Shown here: positions 1 through 8,630 of the stretch, in pieces
Position numbering within the stretch: position 1 is the first letter of the stretch
Layout: each line of letters begins with the position of its first letter
Assembly (NCBI GenBank): GCA_041649315.1
Contig: JBAZNJ010000005.1
Span: forward strand, 709-64,708
From: Patescibacteria group bacterium
GTDB lineage: Bacteria; Patescibacteriota; Patescibacteriia; Patescibacteriales; UBA12465
DNA length: 64,000 nucleotides
Direction: 5' to 3'
Notes under the pieces: model-generated
Told to the model about the DNA's origin: nothing
The model's database searches: none
What the model saw: the letters and a program-made list of their open reading frames with translations, nothing else
Translations under genes and position numbers: made by a program

Positions 1-470
1 AACCACGGAGAGTTAATTCTTTTCGCTTACCGGGCTATCACCGTCTCTGGCCGAGCTTTCCAGCTCGTTCAACTAAGAAAAAACTTTTTTGACTCCGCCC
101 TGTTAATCTGGCAACAGGCGTTCGGTCTTGCAACACCGGAAAAACATATGGCTCCAGCGCCTTCTGGCACCGACTCGGCGAACCGAGCCAATGCCGCAGT
201 TATTGCGGTTTAGACTTCTCCCCTTTCGCTCGCCACTACTTAGGGAATAATTATTATTTTCTTTTCCTCCAGCTACTAAGATGTTTCAGTTCGCCGGGTG
301 TTCTAGCCCACCTAAAAGGTCGGGCTTCCTCGATCTTCAATCGAGGGGGTTTCCCCATTCGGAGATCCGCGGGTCAAAGGTTGCTTGCCACCTTACCGCG
401 GCTTATCGCAGGCTGCTACGTCCTTCTTCGTCTTCTTATGTCTAGGCATCCACCGTATACTCTTAACGAG
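1..470 (-). rRNA. rrl: 23S rRNA, 5' ~470 nt (gene runs off the left edge of the window)
   Basis: The reverse complement contains conserved 23S domain I strings: GTTAAGAGTATACGGTGGATGCCTAG (~442-467), GGCGAACTGAAACATCTTAGTAGCTGGAGGAAAAGAAA (~258-295) and AGTAGTGGCGAGCGAAAGGGGA (219-240). The 5' end is placed by analogy to the E. coli terminus, +/-10 nt. Confidence 0.93.
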
Positions 471-608
471 ATTTTCCCACGCTTTTATTTTTAAATAAAA
501 TAAAAAACGTGTCGTATTCCGGACTACAGCCGAGAATAAATTCTCGATCCGAAATACCCTTTCTTATATTTTTACTCTGTGTTTATTGATGTCTTTACTC
601 TAACATGA

Positions 609-618
609 TTGTTAAGGG
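609..618 (-). promoter_or_regulatory. boxA-like element in the 23S leader (tentative)
   Basis: Minus-strand CCCTTAACAA matches 8/9 of the CTTTAACAA core of rrn boxA. It lies between the upstream promoter and the 23S 5' end. Confidence 0.3.
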
Positions 619-633
619 ACTTTTCATAGGGTG

Positions 634-657
634 CAAAAAAACCGCTTTGAGCGGTTC
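634..657 (-). terminator. Intrinsic-terminator-like hairpin upstream of 23S
   Basis: Minus strand reads AACCGC-TCAAA-GCGGTT followed by T7. There is no T-run in the plus orientation. Confidence 0.55.
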
Positions 658-765
658 TAAGTAATCGCAAAATAGCTGATTATCTAGAATCGCTTTTTAA
701 CATGGTTTCTTAACTCTTTTCTCATATTATTTTGGCTTCTTATAGCCCTATTAAAACTGATAGTA

Positions 766-793
766 ATTATAGCGTTTTTAAAAATTATGTCAA
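766..793 (-). promoter_or_regulatory. Sigma70-type promoter facing the 23S gene
   Basis: Minus strand reads TTGACA (793-788), a 16-nt spacer, then TATAAT (771-766). Confidence 0.6.
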
Positions 794-892
794 GGGGGAT
801 AAGATGTGTAAAAAATACCAAATATTTGAGTTATAATTTATAAATTTATTAATAATAATTTAACTAATTTAAAAGTAAATTTTAAAATACTA

Positions 893-921
893 TTGACAAA
901 TTGTTTATTGTATGATATAAT
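893..921 (+). promoter_or_regulatory. Consensus sigma70 promoter for ORF 963..1241
   Basis: TTGACA (893-898), a 17-nt spacer, then TATAAT (916-921). It is divergent from the promoter at 766-793. Confidence 0.7.
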
Positions 922-962
922 GTATTTAGTAAAAATTAGTTTCTTAACAAAAATATATAATC

Positions 963-1241
963 ATGAAAAAAATTAAAAGAATTTTAGGAAAAATAAAAAA
1001 AATATGGGCATTTATTATCACCGAACCATATACTGCCGCTATGTTTTTCTCTGCCTTACCAGCACTTTTGGCAACTATATTATTTTACTTTTTATACTTT
1101 CAAAAAGTAAATTCTAATCTAGAAACATTAGACTACATAGGAGAATCTGTAGCACAAACATTTTTCATTTTCTTTGTTGTTTGGTTCATTTGCTTCCTAT
1201 ATACGGGAGCTTTATTCGAAAAATTTAAAAAAAAATCTTAA
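963..1241 (+). CDS. Small membrane protein (92 aa, 2 predicted TM helices), unknown function
   Basis: ORF preceded by a consensus promoter and followed by a terminator. Contains hydrophobic segments (AAMFFSALPALLATILFYFLYF and FFIFFVVWFICFLYTGALF). No family recognised. Confidence 0.6.
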   Translation: MKKIKRILGKIKKIWAFIITEPYTAAMFFSALPALLATILFYFLYFQKVNSNLETLDYIGESVAQTFFIFFVVWFICFLYTGALFEKFKKKS

Positions 1242-1249
1242 CAATCAAC

Positions 1250-1285
1250 AAAAAAAAGTTTACCGCGCGGTAAACTTTTTTTATT
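1250..1285. terminator. Bidirectional intrinsic terminator
   Basis: GTTTACCG/CGGTAAAC palindrome (1258-1275) flanked by an A-run and a T-run. It sits between the convergent ORF 963..1241 (+) and pilT (-). Confidence 0.7.
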
Positions 1286-1303
1286 TTACGAATACTAATA
1301 GTT

Positions 1304-2359
1304 TTAACCATCCAACATCCTCGCATCATCCATATTTCTCTCGGCGACTTCCTGGCTGATTTCTCCGGCCGAATATAATTCTTTAATATGCTTATCCATA
1401 GTAACCATGCCGAAGCTGGCCCCGGTTTCGATTACACTCTTAATTTGCGCTATTTTCCCTTCCCGGATTAAATTAGCTACGGCCGAATTATTAATCAAAA
1501 TCTCGCGCGCCGCGACCCGACCGCCCTTAACCCGCGGCAAAAGGCGCTGGGAAATAACCGCCGTTAGAACGCCGGATAACTGGGATTTAATTTGCCCTTG
1601 CTGATGCGGCGGGAAAATATCAATAATCCGATCAATGGTCTGGGCGGCGTTATAGGTATGGAGCGTAGCGAAAACTAAATGACCGGTTTCCGCCAAGGTA
1701 ACGGCGGCGGCAATCGTTTCTAAATCGCGCATCTCGCCGAGCATAATCACGTTCGGATCCTGACGCAAAGCATGTTTTAAGCCGGCCGCAAAACTATTCA
1801 TATCTGTACCTAACTCCCTCTGGACAATCAAGCTCTTGTCGGAAGAAAAAACATATTCAATCGGATCTTCAAGCGTAATGATATTGGCGGCTTGATTCTT
1901 ATTGATATAATTTATCATCGCCGCTAAGGTCGTTGACTTTCCGCAACCGGTCGGGCCGGTTACTAAAATAAAACCCTGAGGCAAATCTAATAATCGCGTA
2001 ACAACTGGTGGCATGCCGATTTCTTCCAGAGTCGGTTTACGATTATCAACCACCCGAGCGACAATCGCAATGTTCCCTTTTTCATAAGAAAGATTGATCC
2101 GATAGCGATAGCCGTTTACCTGGTAACCCATATCTAAATCGCGCTCGGAAATAAAACGCGTTTTTTGCTCTTTAGATAATAAAGTATTGGCAAACTTTTC
2201 TAAATCAGCGGCACTAAGCGGCGAAGCAGCTTCGGGCGCAAAACGAGCGGTCGCAATTAACTCACCGTCAATCCGTAAAACCGGCGGCTGGCCGAAAACT
2301 AGATGGAGGTCGGAGGCCTTTTCTTCAGCGGCTAATTTTAAGAGAAAATTTATATCCAT
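1304..2359 (-). CDS. pilT: Type IV pilus retraction ATPase PilT (twitching motility protein)
   Basis: 351 aa. Walker A GPTGCGKSTT, followed by ITLEDPIEY and MLGEMRD...TLHT motifs typical of the PilT/PilU secretion ATPase family. Size fits PilT. Confidence 0.9.
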   Translation of the reverse strand: MDINFLLKLAAEEKASDLHLVFGQPPVLRIDGELIATARFAPEAASPLSAADLEKFANTLLSKEQKTRFISERDLDMGYQVNGYRYRINLSYEKGNIAIVARVVDNRKPTLEEIGMPPVVTRLLDLPQGFILVTGPTGCGKSTTLAAMINYINKNQAANIITLEDPIEYVFSSDKSLIVQRELGTDMNSFAAGLKHALRQDPNVIMLGEMRDLETIAAAVTLAETGHLVFATLHTYNAAQTIDRIIDIFPPHQQGQIKSQLSGVLTAVISQRLLPRVKGGRVAAREILINNSAVANLIREGKIAQIKSVIETGASFGMVTMDKHIKELYSAGEISQEVAERNMDDARMLDG

Positions 2360-2360
2360 A

Positions 2361-3059
2361 TTACCACTTCATTTTTTTTAAACCTTTAGCGGCCGCGTCA
2401 ACCTGGGCCTCCTGTTTTGACAAGCCCTGGCCGCTCGCTACTAAATCCTCATTTATATATAGACCGACTTTAAAAACCTTGGCATGATCCGGCCCGGACT
2501 CTTCCAGAACTTGATAATGCGGCGTAATACCGGTCTTTTCCTGGGCCTTTTCTTGAAAATGCGACTTCGGATCAAGATAGTCGCGATTTTTTAAAATATC
2601 ATCCAATTTAGAAATAATATTTTTCGTAACAAATTTCTTTGCCGCCGGCATCCCTTGATCAAGATAAATCGCCCCGATTATCGCTTCAACGGCGTTCGCT
2701 AAAATAAAATGACGAGACTTCTTATTTTTATCCCGTGCCTCGCCCTTAGATAGATATAAATTATCTTCAATTGCTAACTCCGCGGCGACTTCATATAATT
2801 TCTTAGAATTAACTAAAGAAGCTCGCCAATTAGTTAAATCACCCTCCGGAGTATCCGGAAAATTAAGGTATAAAAACTCCGTCACGATAATTTCTAGGAC
2901 CGCATCGCCTAAAAATTCTAAACGTTCATTATGGCCGATTTTAATCTCCGGATGTTCGTTTAAATAAGACCGATGCACCATGGCTTGTTTTAAAAGCCCT
3001 TCGTCCTTGAATTTAACCCCTAAACGTTTCTGTAATTTTAATAATCCATTTATCACCAT
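2361..3059 (-). CDS. rnc: Ribonuclease III
   Basis: 232 aa. RNase III signature ERLEFLGDAVL, with a C-terminal dsRBD (PHYQVLEESGPDHAKVFKV...GQGLSKQEAQ). Confidence 0.93.
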   Translation of the reverse strand: MVINGLLKLQKRLGVKFKDEGLLKQAMVHRSYLNEHPEIKIGHNERLEFLGDAVLEIIVTEFLYLNFPDTPEGDLTNWRASLVNSKKLYEVAAELAIEDNLYLSKGEARDKNKKSRHFILANAVEAIIGAIYLDQGMPAAKKFVTKNIISKLDDILKNRDYLDPKSHFQEKAQEKTGITPHYQVLEESGPDHAKVFKVGLYINEDLVASGQGLSKQEAQVDAAAKGLKKMKW

Positions 3060-3098
3060 AAATTAAATTTAATTACTAAAAACAAAGACGCCCGGTTT

Positions 3099-3707
3099 TC
3101 AGGCGCTTTTATTTTCCGACTCGGTCGGAATATCTTTCTCGACTGAAATACCTTTCTCGGTCGGAATATCTTTTGCTTCTTCATCGGCCAGCACTTGGGC
3201 TAAACTATCTCCAGCTGCGGCTTCGGCTGCTGCTTGCCGGTCCGCCTCTTTCTTCTTTGCCGCTTCAATTTCTTCTTTATTATCACGAACTTGGATTTCC
3301 GGCTTATCATTATATAAGGCGCCCAGGACGCCGTTGATAAACTTCCCGGAAGCATCGCCACCGAAACTTTTTGCGACTTCAATCGCTTCATTAATCGCTA
3401 CCCGGGGCGGAATCGGGGTATGTAATAATTCATAAATACCGAGCCGCAAAATATTGCGGTCAACGGTCGTAATTTGATCTAAGGGCCATTCGGTCGCATA
3501 CTTAACGATATACTGATCAATTTCGGCCAAATGCTCACCAACGCCGGCCACAAGATCTTTTACAAAACCGCCGTCATCAAAACTCGGCGCGAAATTAGCA
3601 AAATTATCCGCGATAATCCGATCTATCTCGCCGCTCTTGCGGCCGTTAAAATCCCAGGCGAATAGAGTTTGTAAAGCAAGAGTGCGCGCTAAATGACGAT
3701 TAGACAT
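3099..3707 (-). CDS. nusB: Transcription antitermination factor NusB with an acidic C-terminal extension
   Basis: The N-terminal ~140 aa match NusB ([13 protein letters not shown]..., [19 protein letters not shown]). About 60 aa of E/A/K-rich tail follow, with an internal KDIPTE repeat. Confidence 0.85.
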   Translation of the reverse strand: MSNRHLARTLALQTLFAWDFNGRKSGEIDRIIADNFANFAPSFDDGGFVKDLVAGVGEHLAEIDQYIVKYATEWPLDQITTVDRNILRLGIYELLHTPIPPRVAINEAIEVAKSFGGDASGKFINGVLGALYNDKPEIQVRDNKEEIEAAKKKEADRQAAAEAAAGDSLAQVLADEEAKDIPTEKGISVEKDIPTESENKSA

Positions 3708-3710
3708 AAA

Positions 3711-3908
3711 TTATTTCTTCTTAGCCGCTTTAATTTTCACCGGACGGATTTCTTTTCCCTTATAAGATCCGCAAGACGGACAAGCTTTATGCGGTTCAAG
3801 CGCCTGGCCGCATTTCGGACACTTATTTAGGGTTTTCTTTTTTAGAGCTAAATGAGCCCGGCCCTGGCGGCTGGAGCTATGGGTCTTTCTTTTTTTAGGG
3901 TTAGCCAT
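3711..3908 (-). CDS. rpmF: 50S ribosomal protein L32
   Basis: 65 aa. MANPKKRKTHSSSRQGRAH plus a CPKCG...CPSCG zinc ribbon, typical of L32. Confidence 0.9.
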   Translation of the reverse strand: MANPKKRKTHSSSRQGRAHLALKKKTLNKCPKCGQALEPHKACPSCGSYKGKEIRPVKIKAAKKK

Positions 3909-3941
3909 ATTTATTAATTTAATTATTAATTATCTGTCTTC

Positions 3942-3969
3942 AGTATATCCCAAAATTTATATTAGTCAA
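3942..3969 (-). promoter_or_regulatory. Promoter of the rpmF-nusB-rnc-pilT cluster
   Basis: Minus strand reads TTGACT (3969-3964), a 16-nt spacer, then TATACT (3947-3942), ~35 nt upstream of the rpmF ATG. Confidence 0.55.
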
Positions 3970-3988
3970 TCGGGGTTAATCCGAGGGC

Positions 3989-5815
3989 CTAATTCTTCGG
4001 CTTCGGCCCGACGATTTCCTCAAAAGCTTCTTTCTCTATCGTTTCTTTTTCTAATAGAACCGCGACAATCTTTTCCAATTCCGCCTTATTCTTGCTAATA
4101 ATCTCCGCCGCCTTAGCTTCTCCCTGGCGGATAAAGCCGGAAATTTCTTCATCAATCCTCTCGGCAATCTTTTCGCTATAATCGCGCTGTTCATGGATTT
4201 CCCGACCCAAAAAAATCATTTCTTCTTTTTCGCCGTAAGTGCGCGGGCCAAGATTATCGCTCATGCCGAAGTCCGTCACTAAACTTCGCGCCAAAGCCGT
4301 CGCCCGCCGCAAATCCGAAGTCGCGCCAGTTGTTACTTCCCCAAAAATCGTCTTTTCTACGAGATGGCCGGCTAAAAGAACCGCGATTTCGGAAATAAAT
4401 TCGGATTTAGAATGCATGTGGCGATCTTCGGAGGGAACTTTTAGAGTATAGCCGCCAGCCGAACCGCGAGCAATGATTGAAACTTTATGAACCGGATCGG
4501 TCCCCGGCAAAAAATGAGCGACCAAGGCATGGCCGGCTTCATGATAGGCGGTAATCTTTTTCTCTTTATCAGTAATCACCCGGCTCTTCCGTTCCGGTCC
4601 GATCATAACTTTTTCAATCGCCTCAAATAAATCTTCATTCAAAATTTCTTTCCGATTAGCCCGAGCCGCCAAGATTGCGGCCTCATTCAAGATATTGGCC
4701 AAATCCGCGCCGGAAAATCCGGCGGTCCGTTCTGCAATTTTTTTAAGCTCAACGGTTTTAGCCAAAGGTTTTTTATAAGCATGGACATTTAAAATTTCTT
4801 CCCGATCTTTTAGGTCAGGCAAGTCAATCGTCACCCGCCGATCAAAACGTCCCGGCCGAAGCAGAGCGGGGTCTAAAACATCCGGACGATTAGTCGCGGC
4901 GATAACAATAATATTCTGCGTCGGTTCAAAGCCGTCCATTTCAACCAAAATTTGATTTAAAGTCTGTTCCCGCTCGTCATGACTGCCGCCTAAACCGGCG
5001 CCACGCCGTCGACCAACCGCGTCAATTTCATCGATAAAGACAATACAGGGCGCGCTTTTCTTTGCTTTCTCAAATAAAGACCGGACGCGCGAAGCCCCGA
5101 CTCCGACAAACATTTCTACGAATTCCGAACCGGACATATGAAAAAACGGCACCTGCGCTTCTCCGGCCACAGAACGAGCGAGCAAAGTTTTCCCAGTACC
5201 GGGCGCGCCTAAAAGCAGGACACCGCGCGGAATCTTTGCGCCAAGCTCATGAAATTTTTTCGGGAAACGAAGAAACTCCACAATTTCTTTTAGCTCCTCT
5301 TTCGCCTCTTTTACCCCGGCAACATCTTTAAAAGTCGTTCGTTTTTTTTCATCCGGCTTAAAATCTTTAGCCGTGGACTGGCCGAAGCTCATCGCCCGAG
5401 AATTCGCGCCTTGGAGCCCACGCATCAAGAAAAAAATAAAAAATCCGATAATCAAAAACGGCACCGCGAAAGGAATAATATTAACCAGCCAATAATTCCA
5501 ACCGCCTTCTTCCTTAACCGAAATCTTAATTCCGGTCATTTTTTCCGGCGCTACTTGGAAATTGCTTAAAAGCGTTGATAAAGATTCTCCTGATTCTTTC
5601 TTAACTTTTTCCTGGCCGCCGTCTTTTAAAGAAACTGATAATTCATTGCCGCTAATAATAATTTCTTCAACCTCAGCGGCTTCAATCCGAGCGATCAAAG
5701 TTTCTATACCGACCGTTTCGCTTTTTGGCGATTGGTTCGCAAAAGCGCTAAAAACAAGGGCGATTACAAAGAAAATAATCAGAAAAAAAGAAAAATTCCT
5801 AATAAGTTTTTTCAT
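3989..5815 (-). CDS. ftsH: ATP-dependent zinc metalloprotease FtsH
   Basis: Walker A GAPGTGKT, Walker [12 protein letters not shown] region, and the HEAGHA zinc motif. Start is set at the ATG at 5815 (MKKLIRNF...) because a TTGCCA-17-TATAAT promoter lies inside the longer ORF-track extension. Confidence 0.95.
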   Translation of the reverse strand: MKKLIRNFSFFLIIFFVIALVFSAFANQSPKSETVGIETLIARIEAAEVEEIIISGNELSVSLKDGGQEKVKKESGESLSTLLSNFQVAPEKMTGIKISVKEEGGWNYWLVNIIPFAVPFLIIGFFIFFLMRGLQGANSRAMSFGQSTAKDFKPDEKKRTTFKDVAGVKEAKEELKEIVEFLRFPKKFHELGAKIPRGVLLLGAPGTGKTLLARSVAGEAQVPFFHMSGSEFVEMFVGVGASRVRSLFEKAKKSAPCIVFIDEIDAVGRRRGAGLGGSHDEREQTLNQILVEMDGFEPTQNIIVIAATNRPDVLDPALLRPGRFDRRVTIDLPDLKDREEILNVHAYKKPLAKTVELKKIAERTAGFSGADLANILNEAAILAARANRKEILNEDLFEAIEKVMIGPERKSRVITDKEKKITAYHEAGHALVAHFLPGTDPVHKVSIIARGSAGGYTLKVPSEDRHMHSKSEFISEIAVLLAGHLVEKTIFGEVTTGATSDLRRATALARSLVTDFGMSDNLGPRTYGEKEEMIFLGREIHEQRDYSEKIAERIDEEISGFIRQGEAKAAEIISKNKAELEKIVAVLLEKETIEKEAFEEIVGPKPKN

Positions 5816-5840
5816 GTATTTAAGCTTAATTTGTATCTTT

Positions 5841-5869
5841 ATTATAAGTAAAAAAGCTGGTTTTGGCAA
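5841..5869 (-). promoter_or_regulatory. ftsH promoter
   Basis: Minus strand reads TTGCCA (5869-5864), a 17-nt spacer, then TATAAT (5846-5841). Confidence 0.6.
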
Positions 5870-5937
5870 CCAAAAACGATTATAAAAACATCCTATGATT
5901 TATAATATCCCCTCTTTCAATCTTTTCGCCTGCCGGC

Positions 5938-5971
5938 CAAAAAAAACAAAAACATCCGGCTTAAGGATGTT
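5938..5971 (-). terminator. Intrinsic terminator after rpsA
   Basis: Minus strand reads ACATCC-TTAAGCC-GGATGT followed by TTTTTGTTTTTTTT. Confidence 0.7.
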
Positions 5972-6001
5972 CTTGCTATTATCATTTTAAATTTTTGAAT
6001 T

Positions 6002-7234
6002 TTATTCTTTCTGCCCTTCGCCCGCTTCTTTCCCCTCTTCTTCTTCTTCTTTTTCTTTATCTTTTTTGGTTTTAGCGGTCTTTTCCGTTTTTTCAGCTTT
6101 CGGCTTTCCGGCTGACGCGCCCTCGGCCGCTAATTTCAGGCCTAAGCGATGCTCACTCGGATTAATGCTAACGATTTCAAAATTCTTGATTTCATCGGGC
6201 TGGAACAAGGAAGTAATTTTTTCTTTCTCGCCAATCGCCAGCTGGCTAACATGCGCAAGCCCATGGATTTCTTCATCAAGTTTCACAAATAAACCAAAAG
6301 GATTAACTTTCAAAATCGTACCCGGTACAACCTGGCCAATCTGATATTTCGCGCTCGCTTCTAGCCACGGATCTTTTAATAATTTCTTAGCGCTTAAAAA
6401 TACTTTAGCGCCATCAATAGAAATAATTTCCGCTTTAATTTTATCGCCAATCTTATACATCTCGTTCGGCGAATCAATTCTTTGCCAAGCCAACTCGGAA
6501 ATATGAATCAAGCCCTCAATATTATCGCCAAAAGAAACGAAAACGCCAAAATTAGTAATCGCGGTAATTTTCCCGTCAACAGTTAGGCCGATCTGATATT
6601 TATCCAAGGCCGGCTTTTGTTTTCGGTTCCAAACGTCTTTTTCACTAAAAATTATCTTATTATCTTCTTCGTTTAAAGTTATAACCGTAACTTCAAATTC
6701 CGAACCGACAAAAGATTTTAATTTTTCCAAGATCTTGCTCTTATCTCCGCCGGAAATGCGCGGATAATTATCCGGCGCCAATTGTGAAACCGGCAAAAAG
6801 CCATCAATCTGGCAATAACGGCTCAGTAATCCGCCGCGATTGGCGTCAACGATTTTAACCTTAATCGTGGTCTTATCCTTTAACGCCTGACGCAATTCTT
6901 TCCAAGCCTTTTCTTGGCCGACTAAACGGAAAGATAATTCTAATTCTCCGTTTTCATTTTCAGTATCAATCACCGCCGCCTCGATTTCATCCCCCGGCTT
7001 TAATTCGGAAAACTCCTTAACTTCATTATAAAGCTCCGGCCCCCGGACGATACCCATCAGAACGCCATCAATATCAAGTTTTACCTCGGCTTTAGAGGCC
7101 GCAACCACGGTTCCTTTGATAATATCGCCGACTTGCGGAATTCTAATTTTATCTTTTTCTAATAAGGTCTCAAATTCATCCATCGCCTCGGGCGCTGGAG
7201 ATTTTTTCTCTTCTTTATCTTTTTCGTCTTTCAT
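6002..7234 (-). CDS. rpsA: 30S ribosomal protein S1 (four S1 domains, K/E-rich termini)
   Basis: 410 aa with repeated S1/OB motifs (GDIIKGTV..., FGVFVSFGDNIEGLIHISEL, FGLFVKLDEEIHGLAHVSQL). The N- and C-termini are low-complexity and charged. Confidence 0.9.
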   Translation of the reverse strand: MKDEKDKEEKKSPAPEAMDEFETLLEKDKIRIPQVGDIIKGTVVAASKAEVKLDIDGVLMGIVRGPELYNEVKEFSELKPGDEIEAAVIDTENENGELELSFRLVGQEKAWKELRQALKDKTTIKVKIVDANRGGLLSRYCQIDGFLPVSQLAPDNYPRISGGDKSKILEKLKSFVGSEFEVTVITLNEEDNKIIFSEKDVWNRKQKPALDKYQIGLTVDGKITAITNFGVFVSFGDNIEGLIHISELAWQRIDSPNEMYKIGDKIKAEIISIDGAKVFLSAKKLLKDPWLEASAKYQIGQVVPGTILKVNPFGLFVKLDEEIHGLAHVSQLAIGEKEKITSLFQPDEIKNFEIVSINPSEHRLGLKLAAEGASAGKPKAEKTEKTAKTKKDKEKEEEEEGKEAGEGQKE

Positions 7235-7291
7235 ATTTTTAGGGTTTTTTGCCTAACAAAAAAATACCCTTAACCCGATTTAATCATCGAG

Positions 7292-7355
7292 CCCCGCGGC
7301 CACCTCCGACCGGCTTTTATTAGCCGCCTTAAAATCCGCAGGGTTTTTAGAGGTG
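7292..7355 (-). promoter_or_regulatory. Structured rpsA 5' leader (predicted H-type pseudoknot)
   Basis: In the minus-sense RNA, CACCUC (7355-7350) pairs with GAGGUG (7306-7301). CCCUGCGG (7343-7336) pairs with CCGCGGGG (7299-7292), 8 bp including one G.U. The two helices interleave and enclose a GGCU/AGCC hairpin. Confidence 0.4.
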
Positions 7356-7373
7356 ATATATTATTGTTTTTCT

Positions 7374-7402
7374 AGTATAGTCCGCTTTTTTACTTTTGTC
7401 AA
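7374..7402 (-). promoter_or_regulatory. rpsA promoter
   Basis: Minus strand reads TTGACA (7402-7397), a 17-nt spacer, then TATACT (7379-7374). Confidence 0.65.
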
Positions 7403-7431
7403 CCAAATATCATCAACAGTTATTTTGAAAA

Positions 7432-8565
7432 TCAAGCTACTTTCTTTAGTGGCGCTTGCGATTCCTTCTGGCGCTTACCTTTGTGTTCTAACTTTTGCGG
7501 TAATAATCCGGGAATGAGTTTAACAAAAACATAAGTCATCTTCGGGTCTTTTTTACTAGCGGCTATACTCTTTTTTGTTAAGTCGTAAAAATAATCTCCC
7601 GGATCATCAATATCGGCAATTATTTTTTCCATCTTTCCGTTGGGGCCCGGGACATATTTAACTAACTGCTCTTGATCCTGATCTCGACCACGGAAATGGC
7701 CGATCTTAAAAGTTCCTTTACCCCAATCACCAATCTTCACTTTATGCTCTCCATATTCATTAGCTAATTCCAAAACTCTTTCCGGCGCGACAAGCTGGCC
7801 TTTAGAATCAAGCAGGGGCTCCCGCCAATTCGTGGAGCTAACGCGTTTATAAGCCTCTTTCATCAACGCCAACTCTTCTGCTCTTTGTTCGTGTTTATCC
7901 AGGGCCTTATCCTTCTTGCCTTCTTTGGCGCGCGCTTGATTTATCTTCTTAAAAAGATTAACGATGTCGCTCGGCGGAGTCGAGGACGGAATTCTTGAAT
8001 CATTTTCTTTATCCTCCTCATTTTCATAATCTTCGCCGGCTAATAGATTTTCAAATTCTGACTGCCGCCGCTGATCTAATTCGTTCTCCTTAGATTCTAA
8101 ATAAGCAATAAACTTTTTCGCGTCCTTAGGGCTTAAGAATTTTTCAGCGTCGCGCCGCCACTCGGCCGTGATTTCTTCCTCTTCCTGTTCAGCGCGTTCC
8201 CCGTCCGATAGCGTTTTTTTATCTAAATCGGTTTCTCCGCGCCCTAAACTAGCATCAACCTGCTCATAAATTTTATCTTCATCAGAAATATCCTCGCCAT
8301 AAATCTGCTCATTTTCATAAACATCATCTTGGGTCCGAAAAGTGTCCGGTTCTTTTAAGCGCGCCTCATCTTCCCGCCATTCTTCTTGGTCGTTAAGGCC
8401 GTCAAATTTTTCTTTAATTTTCAAATTCCGGCCTTTCTCCATAATATCTTCAGATTTTTCATTGGTATTTTTCCCATATTCTTCTGCTTCTTTCCTTTCT
8501 AGGCGTTTATCCTCTTGAGGCGTTTTTATTGACTCGGTAAATGATTTGAAAAAATTAAATCCCAT
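7432..8565 (-). CDS. Hypothetical acidic protein (377 aa)
   Basis: Long ORF. The N-terminal ~230 aa are E/D/K-rich and low-complexity. The C-terminal ~140 aa look globular (…IGDWGKGTFKIGHFRG…). No family recognised. Confidence 0.6.
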   Translation of the reverse strand: MGFNFFKSFTESIKTPQEDKRLERKEAEEYGKNTNEKSEDIMEKGRNLKIKEKFDGLNDQEEWREDEARLKEPDTFRTQDDVYENEQIYGEDISDEDKIYEQVDASLGRGETDLDKKTLSDGERAEQEEEEITAEWRRDAEKFLSPKDAKKFIAYLESKENELDQRRQSEFENLLAGEDYENEEDKENDSRIPSSTPPSDIVNLFKKINQARAKEGKKDKALDKHEQRAEELALMKEAYKRVSSTNWREPLLDSKGQLVAPERVLELANEYGEHKVKIGDWGKGTFKIGHFRGRDQDQEQLVKYVPGPNGKMEKIIADIDDPGDYFYDLTKKSIAASKKDPKMTYVFVKLIPGLLPQKLEHKGKRQKESQAPLKKVA

Positions 8566-8630
8566 ATATTTTAGTATTTTAGCGAAAATTTTATTTCCGC
8601 TTTCTTAATTTAACCCTACTATTAATCCCT

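Noticed and set aside
473-962. Search for 16S rRNA, 5S rRNA or spacer tRNAs next to the 23S fragment
   Set aside because: The region is AT-rich and has none of the conserved rRNA or tRNA strings. Only promoter- and terminator-like signals were found.
5816-5869. N-terminal extensions offered by the ORF track (ftsH 5816-5869; dnaA 51277-51315; folD 30840-30878; PBP1A 45443-45535; hsp20 55699-55728)
   Set aside because: The extensions start at non-ATG codons or contain promoter hexamers (ftsH TTGCCA-17-TATAAT, PBP1A TGCTATAAT). They add non-homologous residues ahead of the conserved N-termini, so internal ATG starts were preferred.
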